A stretch of 20,390 bases of DNA from an uncultured Pseudomonadota bacterium (lineage in GTDB: Bacteria > SAR324 > NAC60-12), in NCBI GenBank assembly GCA_913020725.1, contig CAJWCD010000064.1, positions 1 through 20,390 of the forward strand, written 5' to 3'. The translations under genes were made by a program, and so were the position numbers. Under the pieces are notes generated by a model. That model saw nothing but the letters and a program-made list of their open reading frames with translations. It had not been told where the DNA came from and ran no database searches. This document shows positions 1 through 8,474 of the stretch, piece by piece. The stretch's first letter is position 1; the number at the start of each line of letters is the position of its first letter.

Positions 1-1
1 G

Positions 2-121
2 CTTTGAAAACCGCACCCGTTCAAGGGCATGGCCGGGCATGGCACCAACACCGCCGGAATACTGGAAAACCCCTGGCATGAAGCGATAGCCGCCGGAGGA
101 CATCTCCTTGGTTTCAGTCAT
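2..121 (-). CDS. 5' part of a CnbZ-like (2-amino-5-chloromuconate deaminase family) protein, running off the window start
   Basis: Not in the ORF track. ATG at 121-119 on the minus strand, with GGAG (130-127) just upstream. Translates as MTETKEMSSGGYRFMPGVFQYSGGVGAMPGHALERVRFSK, matching the GGYRFxPGVFQYSxGV...ERVRF N-terminal pattern I recall for CnbZ-family proteins. Confidence 0.7.
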   Translation of the reverse strand, partial: MTETKEMSSGGYRFMPGVFQYSGGVGAMPGHALERVRFSK

Positions 122-386
122 GGGAACTCCGTCTTTCTTCTTGTCTGTCGTCCACCTGTGGAGGACATTGCTGTTGTGAATCAGTCGCAGCGGCAGAGAC
201 GGTTGGTGTCTAATGCCGACAAAATCTATCTCCGCCTGTTGCTGTGCCGGGCCGCGATACGGTCAGTGCCTGTGAGACTGACTGCGGCTGCTTGGGTTTG
301 ACATTGTGACAAGCTCCTGAAAAGGAGCAAGGCTGGTCCACAATGCCTGGCGAGGAAAAACTCGACCGTGGGGTTACCGAAAAGTG

Positions 387-535
387 TGGTGCTGCCCACA
401 TTTTTGAGACAATGAGTTAAGGTGTTTTTTCCTTTATGAAGAGGAGACACCATGACTCAGAAACAAATCCGTCGCAGTTACAGCAACGAAACAGAGAAGG
501 ATTCAGAGAGGGGAGAGAGTGATTTGGGGAAGTGA
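387..535 (+). mobile_element. Remnant of an IS3-family left end with truncated orfA
   Basis: TGGTGCTGCCCACATTTTTGAGACA (387-411) has the TG...CTGCCC...AGACA form of IS3-family inverted repeats. A strong RBS (GAGGAG, 441-446) precedes ATG 452, which reads MTQKQIRRSYSNE (like the RRxYSxEFK start of OrfA) and then runs into AG-rich sequence and stops at 535. Confidence 0.5.
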
Positions 536-876
536 AGTTGGATTACCGATTGGGAGAAAGGGATGATTGATAGGGAGAGGAGAGTCTAACAGTTGTCTTG
601 AGCAGGTCACCACATTGTGGGAGAATTAAATTTAGAGTGGACGATGCAGTCACACTTTTCACCGACCTTGGGTTCTAACCCACGAAAAGGGATTGAAAAT
701 TGTTTTTGAATATCAGTTAGATGGATAAGATCAAAAGAGTTCTAACTAAAAAATGCTCATCTCCTCTCACCCCGACCATCACTGTTCCTGTGAATCCTGT
801 GGACTCCTCCAGTTTTTGTGATGAAACCCATGAGCATCTTTTTGATTTTCGGCAACTCCAAGCAAAGTGAGCTGTA

Positions 877-1737
877 ATGGCAGGCGTTTATTTTTACGAC
901 AACCAGTGGTTTGAGGAATGCCCCAAACTCATCGGCCCCACCGATCATTCCTTTTGGTTAGGCTCCTCTGTCTTTGACGGCGCACGGGTGTTTCAGGGGC
1001 TTGCTCCGGACCTAGGCCTGCATGTCGCCCGGCTCTTCAAATCAGCCTGCAGCATGGGCTTGGCACCCAAGGAAACTGAAACGGAGGTGGAACGCTTGTG
1101 CGTGGAAGGCATCCGGAAGCTGCCCAAAACCACCGAGTTGTACATCCGCCCCATGTTCTTCGCCCGTGGCGGGTTCGTGGTTCCAGAACCTGAGAGCACC
1201 GAATTTTGCTTGTCGGTTTACGATGCTCCACTTCCAGAATTTGACGGAATCAAGATACGTTTCTCTGCATGGCGACGCCCTGCGCAGGACATGGCCTTGA
1301 CCAACGCCAAGGCCGGAGCGCTTTATCCAAACTCGTCACGGGCACTGCGGGAAGCGCTTGAGTTGGGCTTTGACAACGCGGTTGTCAAGGACGCCAACGG
1401 CAACATCGCCGAGCTTGCTACCGCCAACCTGTGGATGGTGAAGGACAATGTGGCAAGCACTCCGGCGCTCACCGGCACCTTTCTCGCGGGTGTGACGCGC
1501 TACCGCGTGGCGTGTTTGCTCCGGGAAAACGGGATTGCTGTTGAGGAAACCACCCTGACCGAAAGTGATTTGTGCAACGCCGATGAGATTTTCTCCACTG
1601 GAAATTTTGCGAAAGTGCAGCCCGTGGTGCAACTGGAGGATCGCACATTGGAAATCGGTCCCATCTGCAAACTGGCCTACCAACTCTACTTTGAGTACGC
1701 CAAGGGTTTTGATGTGTTTGCGACTCAGAGCGAATGA
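877..1737 (+). CDS. PLP-dependent class IV aminotransferase (branched-chain amino acid aminotransferase-like)
   Basis: 286 aa. Shows SSVFDGAR, LHVARL, LYIRP, the likely PLP lysine in AKAGALY, ELATANLW, LAGVTR and ADEIFSTGN, all typical of fold type IV enzymes. Confidence 0.92.
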   Translation: MAGVYFYDNQWFEECPKLIGPTDHSFWLGSSVFDGARVFQGLAPDLGLHVARLFKSACSMGLAPKETETEVERLCVEGIRKLPKTTELYIRPMFFARGGFVVPEPESTEFCLSVYDAPLPEFDGIKIRFSAWRRPAQDMALTNAKAGALYPNSSRALREALELGFDNAVVKDANGNIAELATANLWMVKDNVASTPALTGTFLAGVTRYRVACLLRENGIAVEETTLTESDLCNADEIFSTGNFAKVQPVVQLEDRTLEIGPICKLAYQLYFEYAKGFDVFATQSE

Positions 1738-1775
1738 GTGCGGATTTAGCGCAATTGGGCTGACCCCATGACGGA

Positions 1776-2657
1776 TCAGGAATGGGTTGCGTATTCAAAA
1801 TACGCATGGGAGATCACCACCCGCTCGCCCACACTGGCTCGGAAGACGGCACGTCCGGGCGTGGTGTTCCATGCCTCTACCCGCAAGGTTTCCCCCGGAA
1901 ACACCGGAGCCGAAAAGCGCACTCGCAGTTTTTTGAAGCAGACGACTTCGTTTTTGCACAAGGCGTTCAGCAGTAGTTGCCCGCAGAACCCGTAGGTGCA
2001 GAGTCCGTGCAGGATCGGGGCGTCAAAGCCTCCGGAGCGGGCCGCGTCCGGGGCGATGTGGAGGGGGTTATAGTCTCCAGAAAGTCGGTAAAGCATCGCC
2101 TGATTGCCGGGGATGTCCATTTCCTGCACCACATCTGGTGCGCGTTCGGGCGGCATGGTTTTTTCGGATGCGGAGGTTCCGGAGCCTACAAAGGCTTCGA
2201 TGTCCCCCAAAGCGTTCACGCCTCGGCGAAAGGCTCCGTTGATCATGCGGGCGCACACCTGCCCTTCCGGGTCGGAAACCAGCGACTCGAACTCGACGAG
2301 CGCGTTTCCAGTGCCTCGCGGATGCGCGGCCAGCAGTCGGGATTTCACGGAAACTGTGCCCTCGGTGGGCAAGAACTGCAGGATTTCGAGGGAGCGTTCG
2401 GCATCCAAATCCATGGGGCCTGAAGAGTCCGGAATCAATTCAGGATTTACGGGCACCCCCTTTCCACCCCAGCGAATCGGGAAAGTCGGAAACACTGCGA
2501 ACTGCGGATGGTCCTCGTGGACAAAGCGCAAATCGGTGCTGCCGATTCCAATGGCGTAGAGCAACACATCACGCTGAGTGTAGGTGATCGGAACGGGAGT
2601 TCCCCACGGGCCGGGTTCCCCTCCGGGCAGTGCGGCAAGTGCGTTGTAGGTTGGCAT
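1776..2657 (-). CDS. MaoC-family double-hotdog (R)-specific enoyl-CoA hydratase 2-like protein
   Basis: 293 aa. Hydratase-2 motif YRLSGDYNPLHI, plus PILHGLCTYG, RFSAPVFPGETL and N-terminal DVLLYAIGIG. Confidence 0.92.
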   Translation of the reverse strand: MPTYNALAALPGGEPGPWGTPVPITYTQRDVLLYAIGIGSTDLRFVHEDHPQFAVFPTFPIRWGGKGVPVNPELIPDSSGPMDLDAERSLEILQFLPTEGTVSVKSRLLAAHPRGTGNALVEFESLVSDPEGQVCARMINGAFRRGVNALGDIEAFVGSGTSASEKTMPPERAPDVVQEMDIPGNQAMLYRLSGDYNPLHIAPDAARSGGFDAPILHGLCTYGFCGQLLLNALCKNEVVCFKKLRVRFSAPVFPGETLRVEAWNTTPGRAVFRASVGERVVISHAYFEYATHS

Positions 2658-2724
2658 TCAAAAACATCCGGATTGCTTCAATATCCTTCAGTTTGTAGTG
2701 GCTTCAGCAAAACACAAGCTCGCA

Positions 2725-3990
2725 TCATGCGGTGTCCTCCAACGCAGGAGGTTTGAGAAACAACGCAGCTATCGCACAGATTGCCGGAAACACCGCGAGG
2801 ACACGCAAGGCGGGGTCATAGTTGCCAAGATAATCCAGTGACATGGCCAAAGGCAGTGGTCCTAGCGACGCTCCTACAACGCCAATCATCTGCCCTATCC
2901 CCTGAATACTGCCCAAGTGCTTGCGTCCAAAGTAGCGCGGCCAGAAAAACGCGAAGTAGGTCATAGTCACACCATTGTTGAGACCAAAAATCAACGCGTA
3001 CACGATGGCGCCAGCAAGGTCGCTCACAAAGGTCACAGAGAGCAGCGACATGCTCATCACCAGCAAGCCTCCAGAAAACATCAAGTGGGTTGGGAAGCGG
3101 TCAAGCATGCGCCCGATGATCGGCATTGTGAGTGCCGCCATAATTCCAGAAACCGTGAACATCAAAGTTGCGGTTTGCGGTTCCAGACCATGCTGGCTGA
3201 GGATGCCCTTGTTTTCGACATGCAACGAAGTCACCAGCCCTGCGAGAAAAAACAGGCCTGTGCAAATGATGTAAAACGCTGGAGTCCGCAGAGCTTGAGA
3301 GAGCGTCAATCCGGTGATCCCCGCTGATGCAGATGGATCATCTTCCAGAAGCAATCCATCCGGACGCAGGTTGATTTCCTCCGGTTTGCTGTAGAGCAGC
3401 ATCAGGGCGGGAGGAACAATCAGCACCCATGTGATGAGGCCAAACCAAATCCAAGCTTGCCGCCAGCCGACTTGTCCGATCAACCACTGCGCCAACGGCG
3501 GGTGCACCGCCATTGAAATCGGAAATCCCAGTGACATCAAACCCAAGGCAAAACCACGTTTGCGGTCGAACCACTGCGAGACCATGTTTACACAGGTGAG
3601 CATCATTGCTCCTTGTCCCAAAAACCGCAGACAACCAAAAGCCACCGCCAAAAGCACCCAGTTCGAAACCAGACTGAAGACCATTGCCATCAATCCTAAT
3701 CCGGTAGCCAGCACCCACAGCAAACTCGCTGGACCCCAGCGGTCGATCAACTTGCCCACCTGAGGCAACAGCAACGCAGCCATCAGGGTTGCACTTCCAT
3801 AAGCTGCAGCGATGGAGGTCCGTGGCAGGCCGAGTTCCAACGAAATGGGGTCGAAAAATATCCCGATCAGGTGGGATTGCGCAGGGCCTGTTCCGAACAT
3901 CCCCAACATGGCCACGCAGAGGATGACCCAACCGTAGAAAAATTTGTGGCCCAAACGCTGAACGGCAGCACTGCGGATTGATTCCAACAT
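2725..3990 (-). CDS. MFS transporter (OFA/MCT-like)
   Basis: About 12 hydrophobic segments. MFS motif A-like GKLIDRWG and GRMLDRFP, plus FFYGWVI, QWFDRKRGFALG and YFGRKHLGSIQG. I chose the ATG at 3990 over the track's TTG at 4092. Confidence 0.9.
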   Translation of the reverse strand: MLESIRSAAVQRLGHKFFYGWVILCVAMLGMFGTGPAQSHLIGIFFDPISLELGLPRTSIAAAYGSATLMAALLLPQVGKLIDRWGPASLLWVLATGLGLMAMVFSLVSNWVLLAVAFGCLRFLGQGAMMLTCVNMVSQWFDRKRGFALGLMSLGFPISMAVHPPLAQWLIGQVGWRQAWIWFGLITWVLIVPPALMLLYSKPEEINLRPDGLLLEDDPSASAGITGLTLSQALRTPAFYIICTGLFFLAGLVTSLHVENKGILSQHGLEPQTATLMFTVSGIMAALTMPIIGRMLDRFPTHLMFSGGLLVMSMSLLSVTFVSDLAGAIVYALIFGLNNGVTMTYFAFFWPRYFGRKHLGSIQGIGQMIGVVGASLGPLPLAMSLDYLGNYDPALRVLAVFPAICAIAALFLKPPALEDTA

Positions 3991-4140
3991 TAATATATGA
4001 TCGTGCAATGTTCGATGACAAAGGAGTGCGGCAGGATGTGCACCTGCTGCTGACGAGCCGAAACTCTGATCTACTGGCTGGTCTAAACTCAACAGCCTAC
4101 CAGAATTCAGGGAATCAGAAAGGTTTGTGAACGATGTGGG

Positions 4141-4905
4141 TCAACTCATCACTGCGGATGCCACCATGCGGATGCCCGCGACAAAGAAAGCCGCCAGCAC
4201 GACATTCCGGAAAAGTGGACCCGAGAGGTGTTTCCGCAAGCGAGCGCCCACCCAGAAGCCAAGCATCGTGGGCAACACCATTGCCAACGACTGCGTGGCC
4301 ACCTCTAGTGTCAGCAGTCCGTTGAGCGTAAAGCCCAACGCCAAGGGCAGGCACCCGGAGAAGAGCAGGATTCCGGTCGCAGTGATGAACTCATCTTTCT
4401 TCACACGCTTGGAGATCAAGTACACCAGCATCGGCGGAGACCAGATCGAGGTGAGTCCGCCCAAAATTCCAGAGACCGATCCGGCAAGGAGTTGGGCAAC
4501 GCCGTCCCAGCGTTGTGGAATGTTGGGATTGGGCATCGTGTAAGTGGTGACACAGAAGGTGCAGATGCTGAGTCCAATCACTAGCTGGATTTGGTTGGAA
4601 TCCAGCTGTGTAGTGAACAGGGTGGTCACGAAAAGGGTGGTTGGCAAGGTGAGGGCAACCCGCCAGTAACGGCGCAGAACCTGCCCCCACTCCGGCATCG
4701 ACAGGAACTGCTGGAGATTGGTGATCACGAGGGGCAACACAACGAGGGGCAGCGCCAGTTTTGGATCGAGGAAGAGGGTCATCAGCGTGATCGCTGCCGT
4801 CGGCAGCCCAATGCCCAATGTGCCCTTGACGGTGCCCGCCAGAAAAAAAATTCCTGACAGCAACAGGAGCAGAGGCCAAGCGGCAAGCAAAGTTTCAAGA
4901 CTCAT
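4141..4905 (-). CDS. TauE/SafE family membrane protein (sulfite exporter-like)
   Basis: 254 aa and hydrophobic, with the internally repeated motifs AGTVKGTLGIG and GSVSGILGGLTSIWSPP. Confidence 0.88.
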   Translation of the reverse strand: MSLETLLAAWPLLLLLSGIFFLAGTVKGTLGIGLPTAAITLMTLFLDPKLALPLVVLPLVITNLQQFLSMPEWGQVLRRYWRVALTLPTTLFVTTLFTTQLDSNQIQLVIGLSICTFCVTTYTMPNPNIPQRWDGVAQLLAGSVSGILGGLTSIWSPPMLVYLISKRVKKDEFITATGILLFSGCLPLALGFTLNGLLTLEVATQSLAMVLPTMLGFWVGARLRKHLSGPLFRNVVLAAFFVAGIRMVASAVMS

Positions 4906-5073
4906 GAAATTCGAAGCGTAGTGTTAAGCAGTCAACAAAACAGAATTATCCGAACCCATCCGGAAGTCCAGTCCTTCAACTCAAGCACTTTTTCTTTTTC
5001 GTTCGTCGAAGATGAAATACACTGCCTGTATGAAACCGAATTCATCCATTTCCAACCACAACCAAATAAACCC

Positions 5074-5102
5074 TTGCCCTGCCTTGCGGAGGGTGCTAGA
5101 GT
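5074..5102 (+). promoter_or_regulatory. Putative sigma70 promoter for potC-potA
   Basis: TTGCCC (5074-5079), 17-bp spacer, TAGAGT (5097-5102), with an extended -10 TG at 5094-5095. Confidence 0.4.
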
Positions 5103-5128
5103 CGCCCGAACTGAGTCACGCTCTCGTT

Positions 5129-5965
5129 ATGAAGAATCCCATCGCTCCACTCGATTACGCCCGCCGTTGGTGGATGCGACTCACGCTGCTGGGCGTGTTT
5201 GTCTTCCTCTACGCTCCCATCGTCACACTCGTCGCCTTCAGCTTCAACAACAGCCGCCGCAACATCGTCTGGCGCGGCTTCACCTTCAAGTACTACGAGA
5301 AGGCGTGGAACAACGACTCGCTCTTTGAGGCGTTCACGAACTCGCTCACCATCGCCTTCGTCAGCACACTCATCAGCACCGTGTTGGGGGCACTGGTTGC
5401 GGTGTTGCTCTGGCGTTTTCGGTTTCCGCTCAAGAGCGTCTACGAGGGGGTGGCGTCGCTGCCGATTGTGATTCCGGAAATCTGCATGGGGGTGGCGATG
5501 CTGGCGTTTTTCGCCCGCAGCGGTTGGCCTTCCGGATTGCCGTGGCCGCTCAACCTTGGGGCCATCACCATCGCGCACATCTCCTTCAGTTTCCCCTTCG
5601 TGGCAGTCGTGGTGCGGGCGCGGCTGGCGAGTTTCAACCGAGAACTTGAAGAAGCTGCCCGTGACCTTGGAGCCAGCGAGTGGCAGACTTTCCGGGATGT
5701 GCTGATCCCGCACATGCGTCCGGGGCTGGTTGCCGGGGCGCTGTTGGCGTTCACGCTTTCGCTTGATGATTTCGTCATCACCTTCTTCACCTCGGGGCCG
5801 GACACCGTGACCTTCCCGGTCAAGGTTTATTCGATGGTGCGTTTCTCCGTGACCCCGGAAGTCAACGCCGCCTCGACCGCCCTTATCGTCATCACTTTGC
5901 TCCTCACCACCCTCGCCCTCTGGATGCAGAACCGCAGTCAAAGCGGCACCCCAGAACCCGCATGA
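5129..5965 (+). CDS. potC: Polyamine ABC transporter permease (PotC/PotI-like)
   Basis: FLYAPIVTLVAFSFN, EAA loop LEEAARDLGAS, AFTLSLDDFVITFF and PEVNA. The ATG at 5129 is more likely than 5012. Confidence 0.9.
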   Translation: MKNPIAPLDYARRWWMRLTLLGVFVFLYAPIVTLVAFSFNNSRRNIVWRGFTFKYYEKAWNNDSLFEAFTNSLTIAFVSTLISTVLGALVAVLLWRFRFPLKSVYEGVASLPIVIPEICMGVAMLAFFARSGWPSGLPWPLNLGAITIAHISFSFPFVAVVVRARLASFNRELEEAARDLGASEWQTFRDVLIPHMRPGLVAGALLAFTLSLDDFVITFFTSGPDTVTFPVKVYSMVRFSVTPEVNAASTALIVITLLLTTLALWMQNRSQSGTPEPA

Positions 5966-7050
5966 GCGCAGCACCGTCAATCATCCAAATCCGCAACATC
6001 GTGAAACGCTTTGGAGCGCAGGTCACAGCGGTGGACGACGTTTCGCTGGAAATCCGTGAGGGCGAGTTTTTCGCGCTGCTCGGCCCGTCCGGATGCGGAA
6101 AGACCACGCTGCTGCGGATGCTCGCGGGTTTCGAGATTCCAACCTCCGGAAACCTGCTGATTGACGGACAGGAGATGGGCGGGGTGGCACCGAACAAGCG
6201 TCCGGTCAACATGGTCTTCCAGTCCTACGCGGTCTTCCCGCACATGTCTGTGTTCGACAATGCCGGCTACGGACTCAAGGTCACAGGTACGCCAAAAGCG
6301 GAAATCCGGAAGCGGGTACGTGAGGTGCTGGCCCTCGTGCATCTGGAGGGCTACGAAACTCGCAAGCCCGACCAACTCTCCGGCGGACAACGCCAGCGCG
6401 TCGCCTTGGCTCGTGCGCTTGTCAAACGACCCCGTGTGCTGCTGCTCGACGAACCGCTTTCCGCGCTTGATGCGAAACTCAGGGAGGCGATGCAGCTTGA
6501 ACTCGTCAAGCTTCAGCAGATGGTGGGCATCACCTTCGTGATCGTCACCCACGATCAGAACGAAGCCCTCTCGATGGCCGACCGCATTGCTGTGATGGAA
6601 GACGGAAAAGTCCGGCAGATCGCCACGCCGACCGAGCTTTATGAAGACCCCAACTGTTACTTTGTCGCCGACTTCATCGGCAAGATGAACCTGCTCTCCG
6701 GAACCGTGCAAGCGTCCGGAAAGGGCACTGTCACGGTCGCAGTCGAAAAATTGGGGACATTGACGGTCCCTTGCTCCACCGAAACTTCCGGAAACCTGCA
6801 CCTCGCCATCCGGCCCGAAAAGTTGCTGGTCTCAGAAACTCCACTGCCCGACCATTTGCTCGCTTTCTCAGGGAGGGTAGCAACCTTCGCTTACCACGGC
6901 AGCGAAAGCCATGTCTTCGTCACGACCGACTCCGGAGTCACGCTCTCGGCCACCCTTCCCAATCGCCACCGCCACAGCGCCGCCTTCGAGTCCGGGCAAA
7001 AACTCTGGATCGGCTGGGAGCCGGAAGATACGCTGGTGCTGACGGAGTGA
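5962..7050 (+). CDS. potA: Polyamine ABC transporter ATP-binding protein (PotA/PotG-like)
   Basis: Walker A GPSGCGKT, VNMVFQSYAVFPHM, signature LSGGQRQR, Walker B LLLDEP and a C-terminal TOBE-like region. ATGA overlap with the permease. Confidence 0.93.
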   Translation: MSAAPSIIQIRNIVKRFGAQVTAVDDVSLEIREGEFFALLGPSGCGKTTLLRMLAGFEIPTSGNLLIDGQEMGGVAPNKRPVNMVFQSYAVFPHMSVFDNAGYGLKVTGTPKAEIRKRVREVLALVHLEGYETRKPDQLSGGQRQRVALARALVKRPRVLLLDEPLSALDAKLREAMQLELVKLQQMVGITFVIVTHDQNEALSMADRIAVMEDGKVRQIATPTELYEDPNCYFVADFIGKMNLLSGTVQASGKGTVTVAVEKLGTLTVPCSTETSGNLHLAIRPEKLLVSETPLPDHLLAFSGRVATFAYHGSESHVFVTTDSGVTLSATLPNRHRHSAAFESGQKLWIGWEPEDTLVLTE

Positions 7051-7129
7051 TTCCGCAACAATCCTTGAGGAGCCGTCCAAGGAGAGCGCAGACTGGGATT
7101 CCCGGCGCTTCTCCGCAGACAATCGGGTG

Positions 7130-7412
7130 TTGGTGGTGGAGGATCCCGCTCTCCAGTTCACGGAGAGACTCCACCGTGTGGGCTTCCGCTGCGTCCGCCG
7201 TGCGGCAGTTCCCGTCCACCTGCTCGACGACATCAAGAATCTCACTGAATCTCGAGAGCAACTCCGGGTGCTTGTGCAATCTCAGGGCGAAGCCCCTCGG
7301 CTTGTGATGAATCCATCTGCTTCCTTTCTGCTTGTGGGCGGACAATTCAAACCGCTCACTCAACACAAATGATAGGCCGTTGTCCAGCCGCTTCAACAAA
7401 AAGTCTCACTTT
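7130..7412 (-). pseudogene. Truncated, frameshifted transposase remnant with terminal sequence, probably ISKra4 family
   Basis: The minus-strand peptide LHKHPELLSRFSEILDVVEQVDGNCRTADAAEAHTVESLRELESGIL resembles the HPEL..RF..IL.......ADEAE...E..R.LG..L N-terminus I recall for ISKra4-family transposases. AGGAAG-ATG at 7316 is one base out of frame (GGGG run). A candidate end, AAGTGAGACTTTTTGTTGAAG, lies at 7411-7391. Confidence 0.5.
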
Positions 7413-7529
7413 TACTTGCACCTAGCGACTGCTACAGCCCGCTGGGGCTGGTCTTCGTCACAAAGTGGGGCAAAATTCCGAGCCCAGAGGCAGAGAGGCT
7501 TGCACTTTGCCTCGTAGCCCCCATGATGG

Positions 7530-8474
7530 ATGTCCATGAAGATCAATGATATTCTACTGCTGATGCTGCCCGACGATATGCAGCCGCTTGCGTTTCGGGA
7601 GGAGTTGTGCGTGCTGGACAGTACGCTGCGTGTGGTGCTGGATCATGAACCGCATGACCCTGCGGAAGTGGGGTTCATTGTGGGCTGGAAGCGTCCCGAA
7701 GACGGCTGGGACAAGTACCCCAACTTGCGAGCCGTGCATTCCTTTGGGGCCGGAGTTGATCAATTGCTCAAGGGCGGGGGATGGCCGGAAGCACTTCCGC
7801 TCGCCAGAGTGGTTGATGAGAAAATGGCCGTGCAAATGTCCGAATACATCCTCACGGCGGTTCTCTTGTTCAAACGCCATTTTCTGGAATACGCCCATGC
7901 GCGGGGTGGCTGGAACTGGGGAGATGAATGGCCACTGACCGGAAACCGGGTGGGTATCCTCGGCATGGGACATTTGGGGCAGGCGACTGCGGCCTTGCTG
8001 CAAAAAGTCGGGTTTGAGGTCCACGGTTGGGGACGTTCCGAAAAAGTCCGAGGTGGTTTTCCGTGTTTTTGCGGCAGGGACGGCTTGGGAGATTTTCTGC
8101 GGCAAAGCGACTACCTTGTTGCGATTCTGCCCAACACCCCGGACACCATTGGCCTGTTGAACCGCGACCGTCTACAACAACTGCCCTCCGGCGCCGTGTT
8201 GATCAACGTCGGTCGGGGAGCGGTGCTGGTGGAGGACGATTTACTCACCCTGCTGGACGAAGGGCACCTCGTTGGAGCGTGCCTTGATGTCTTCCAAACC
8301 GAACCGCTGCCGAGCGAGCATCCCTTTGTGAATCATCCCAAGGTGTTGGTCACACCCCACGTTGCCAGCTTGACCCCAACGGGTTCGGTGGCCCCCACGA
8401 TTCTTGAGAACTACCAGCGTGCTTTACAAGGACGCCCTTTGCTCAATCAGGTGGATCCGGCAGTCGGGTACTGA
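7530..8474 (+). CDS. ghrA: Glyoxylate/hydroxypyruvate reductase A-like D-2-hydroxyacid dehydrogenase
   Basis: GAGVD, Rossmann motif GILGMGHLG, LINVGRG, LDVFQTEPLP and VTPHVAS. The start could be 7530 or 7536. Confidence 0.9.
   Translation: MSMKINDILLLMLPDDMQPLAFREELCVLDSTLRVVLDHEPHDPAEVGFIVGWKRPEDGWDKYPNLRAVHSFGAGVDQLLKGGGWPEALPLARVVDEKMAVQMSEYILTAVLLFKRHFLEYAHARGGWNWGDEWPLTGNRVGILGMGHLGQATAALLQKVGFEVHGWGRSEKVRGGFPCFCGRDGLGDFLRQSDYLVAILPNTPDTIGLLNRDRLQQLPSGAVLINVGRGAVLVEDDLLTLLDEGHLVGACLDVFQTEPLPSEHPFVNHPKVLVTPHVASLTPTGSVAPTILENYQRALQGRPLLNQVDPAVGY

Noticed and set aside
398..410. 13-mer ACATTTTTGAGAC shared with 19524-19536
   Set aside because: A few 13-mer matches are expected by chance in 20 kb, and the flanks do not extend the match.
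29..453. Short ORFs 29-301, 210-401 and 226-453
   Set aside because: They have no motifs and conflict with the better-supported CnbZ-like start or the IS-like end.
594..612. TGTCTTGAGCAGGTCACCA as a possible right inverted repeat of the IS3-like end
   Set aside because: Only the outer 5 bases at each side match, with the wrong spacing, and I see no target duplication.
919..929. 11-nt match (TGCCCCAAACT) to the reverse complement of the putative spacer's 3' part, inside the aminotransferase gene
   Set aside because: Too short to exceed chance, and the terminal spacer base mismatches. It is not evidence of self-targeting.
5096..6801. 294-aa and 274-aa minus-strand ORFs opposite potC and potA
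   Set aside because: Antisense shadows of clear ABC transporter genes.
6938..7399. 153-aa minus-strand ORF as an intact gene
   Set aside because: Only the central ~50 residues look protein-like, and the ORF overlaps the potA end. It is better explained as a transposase remnant.
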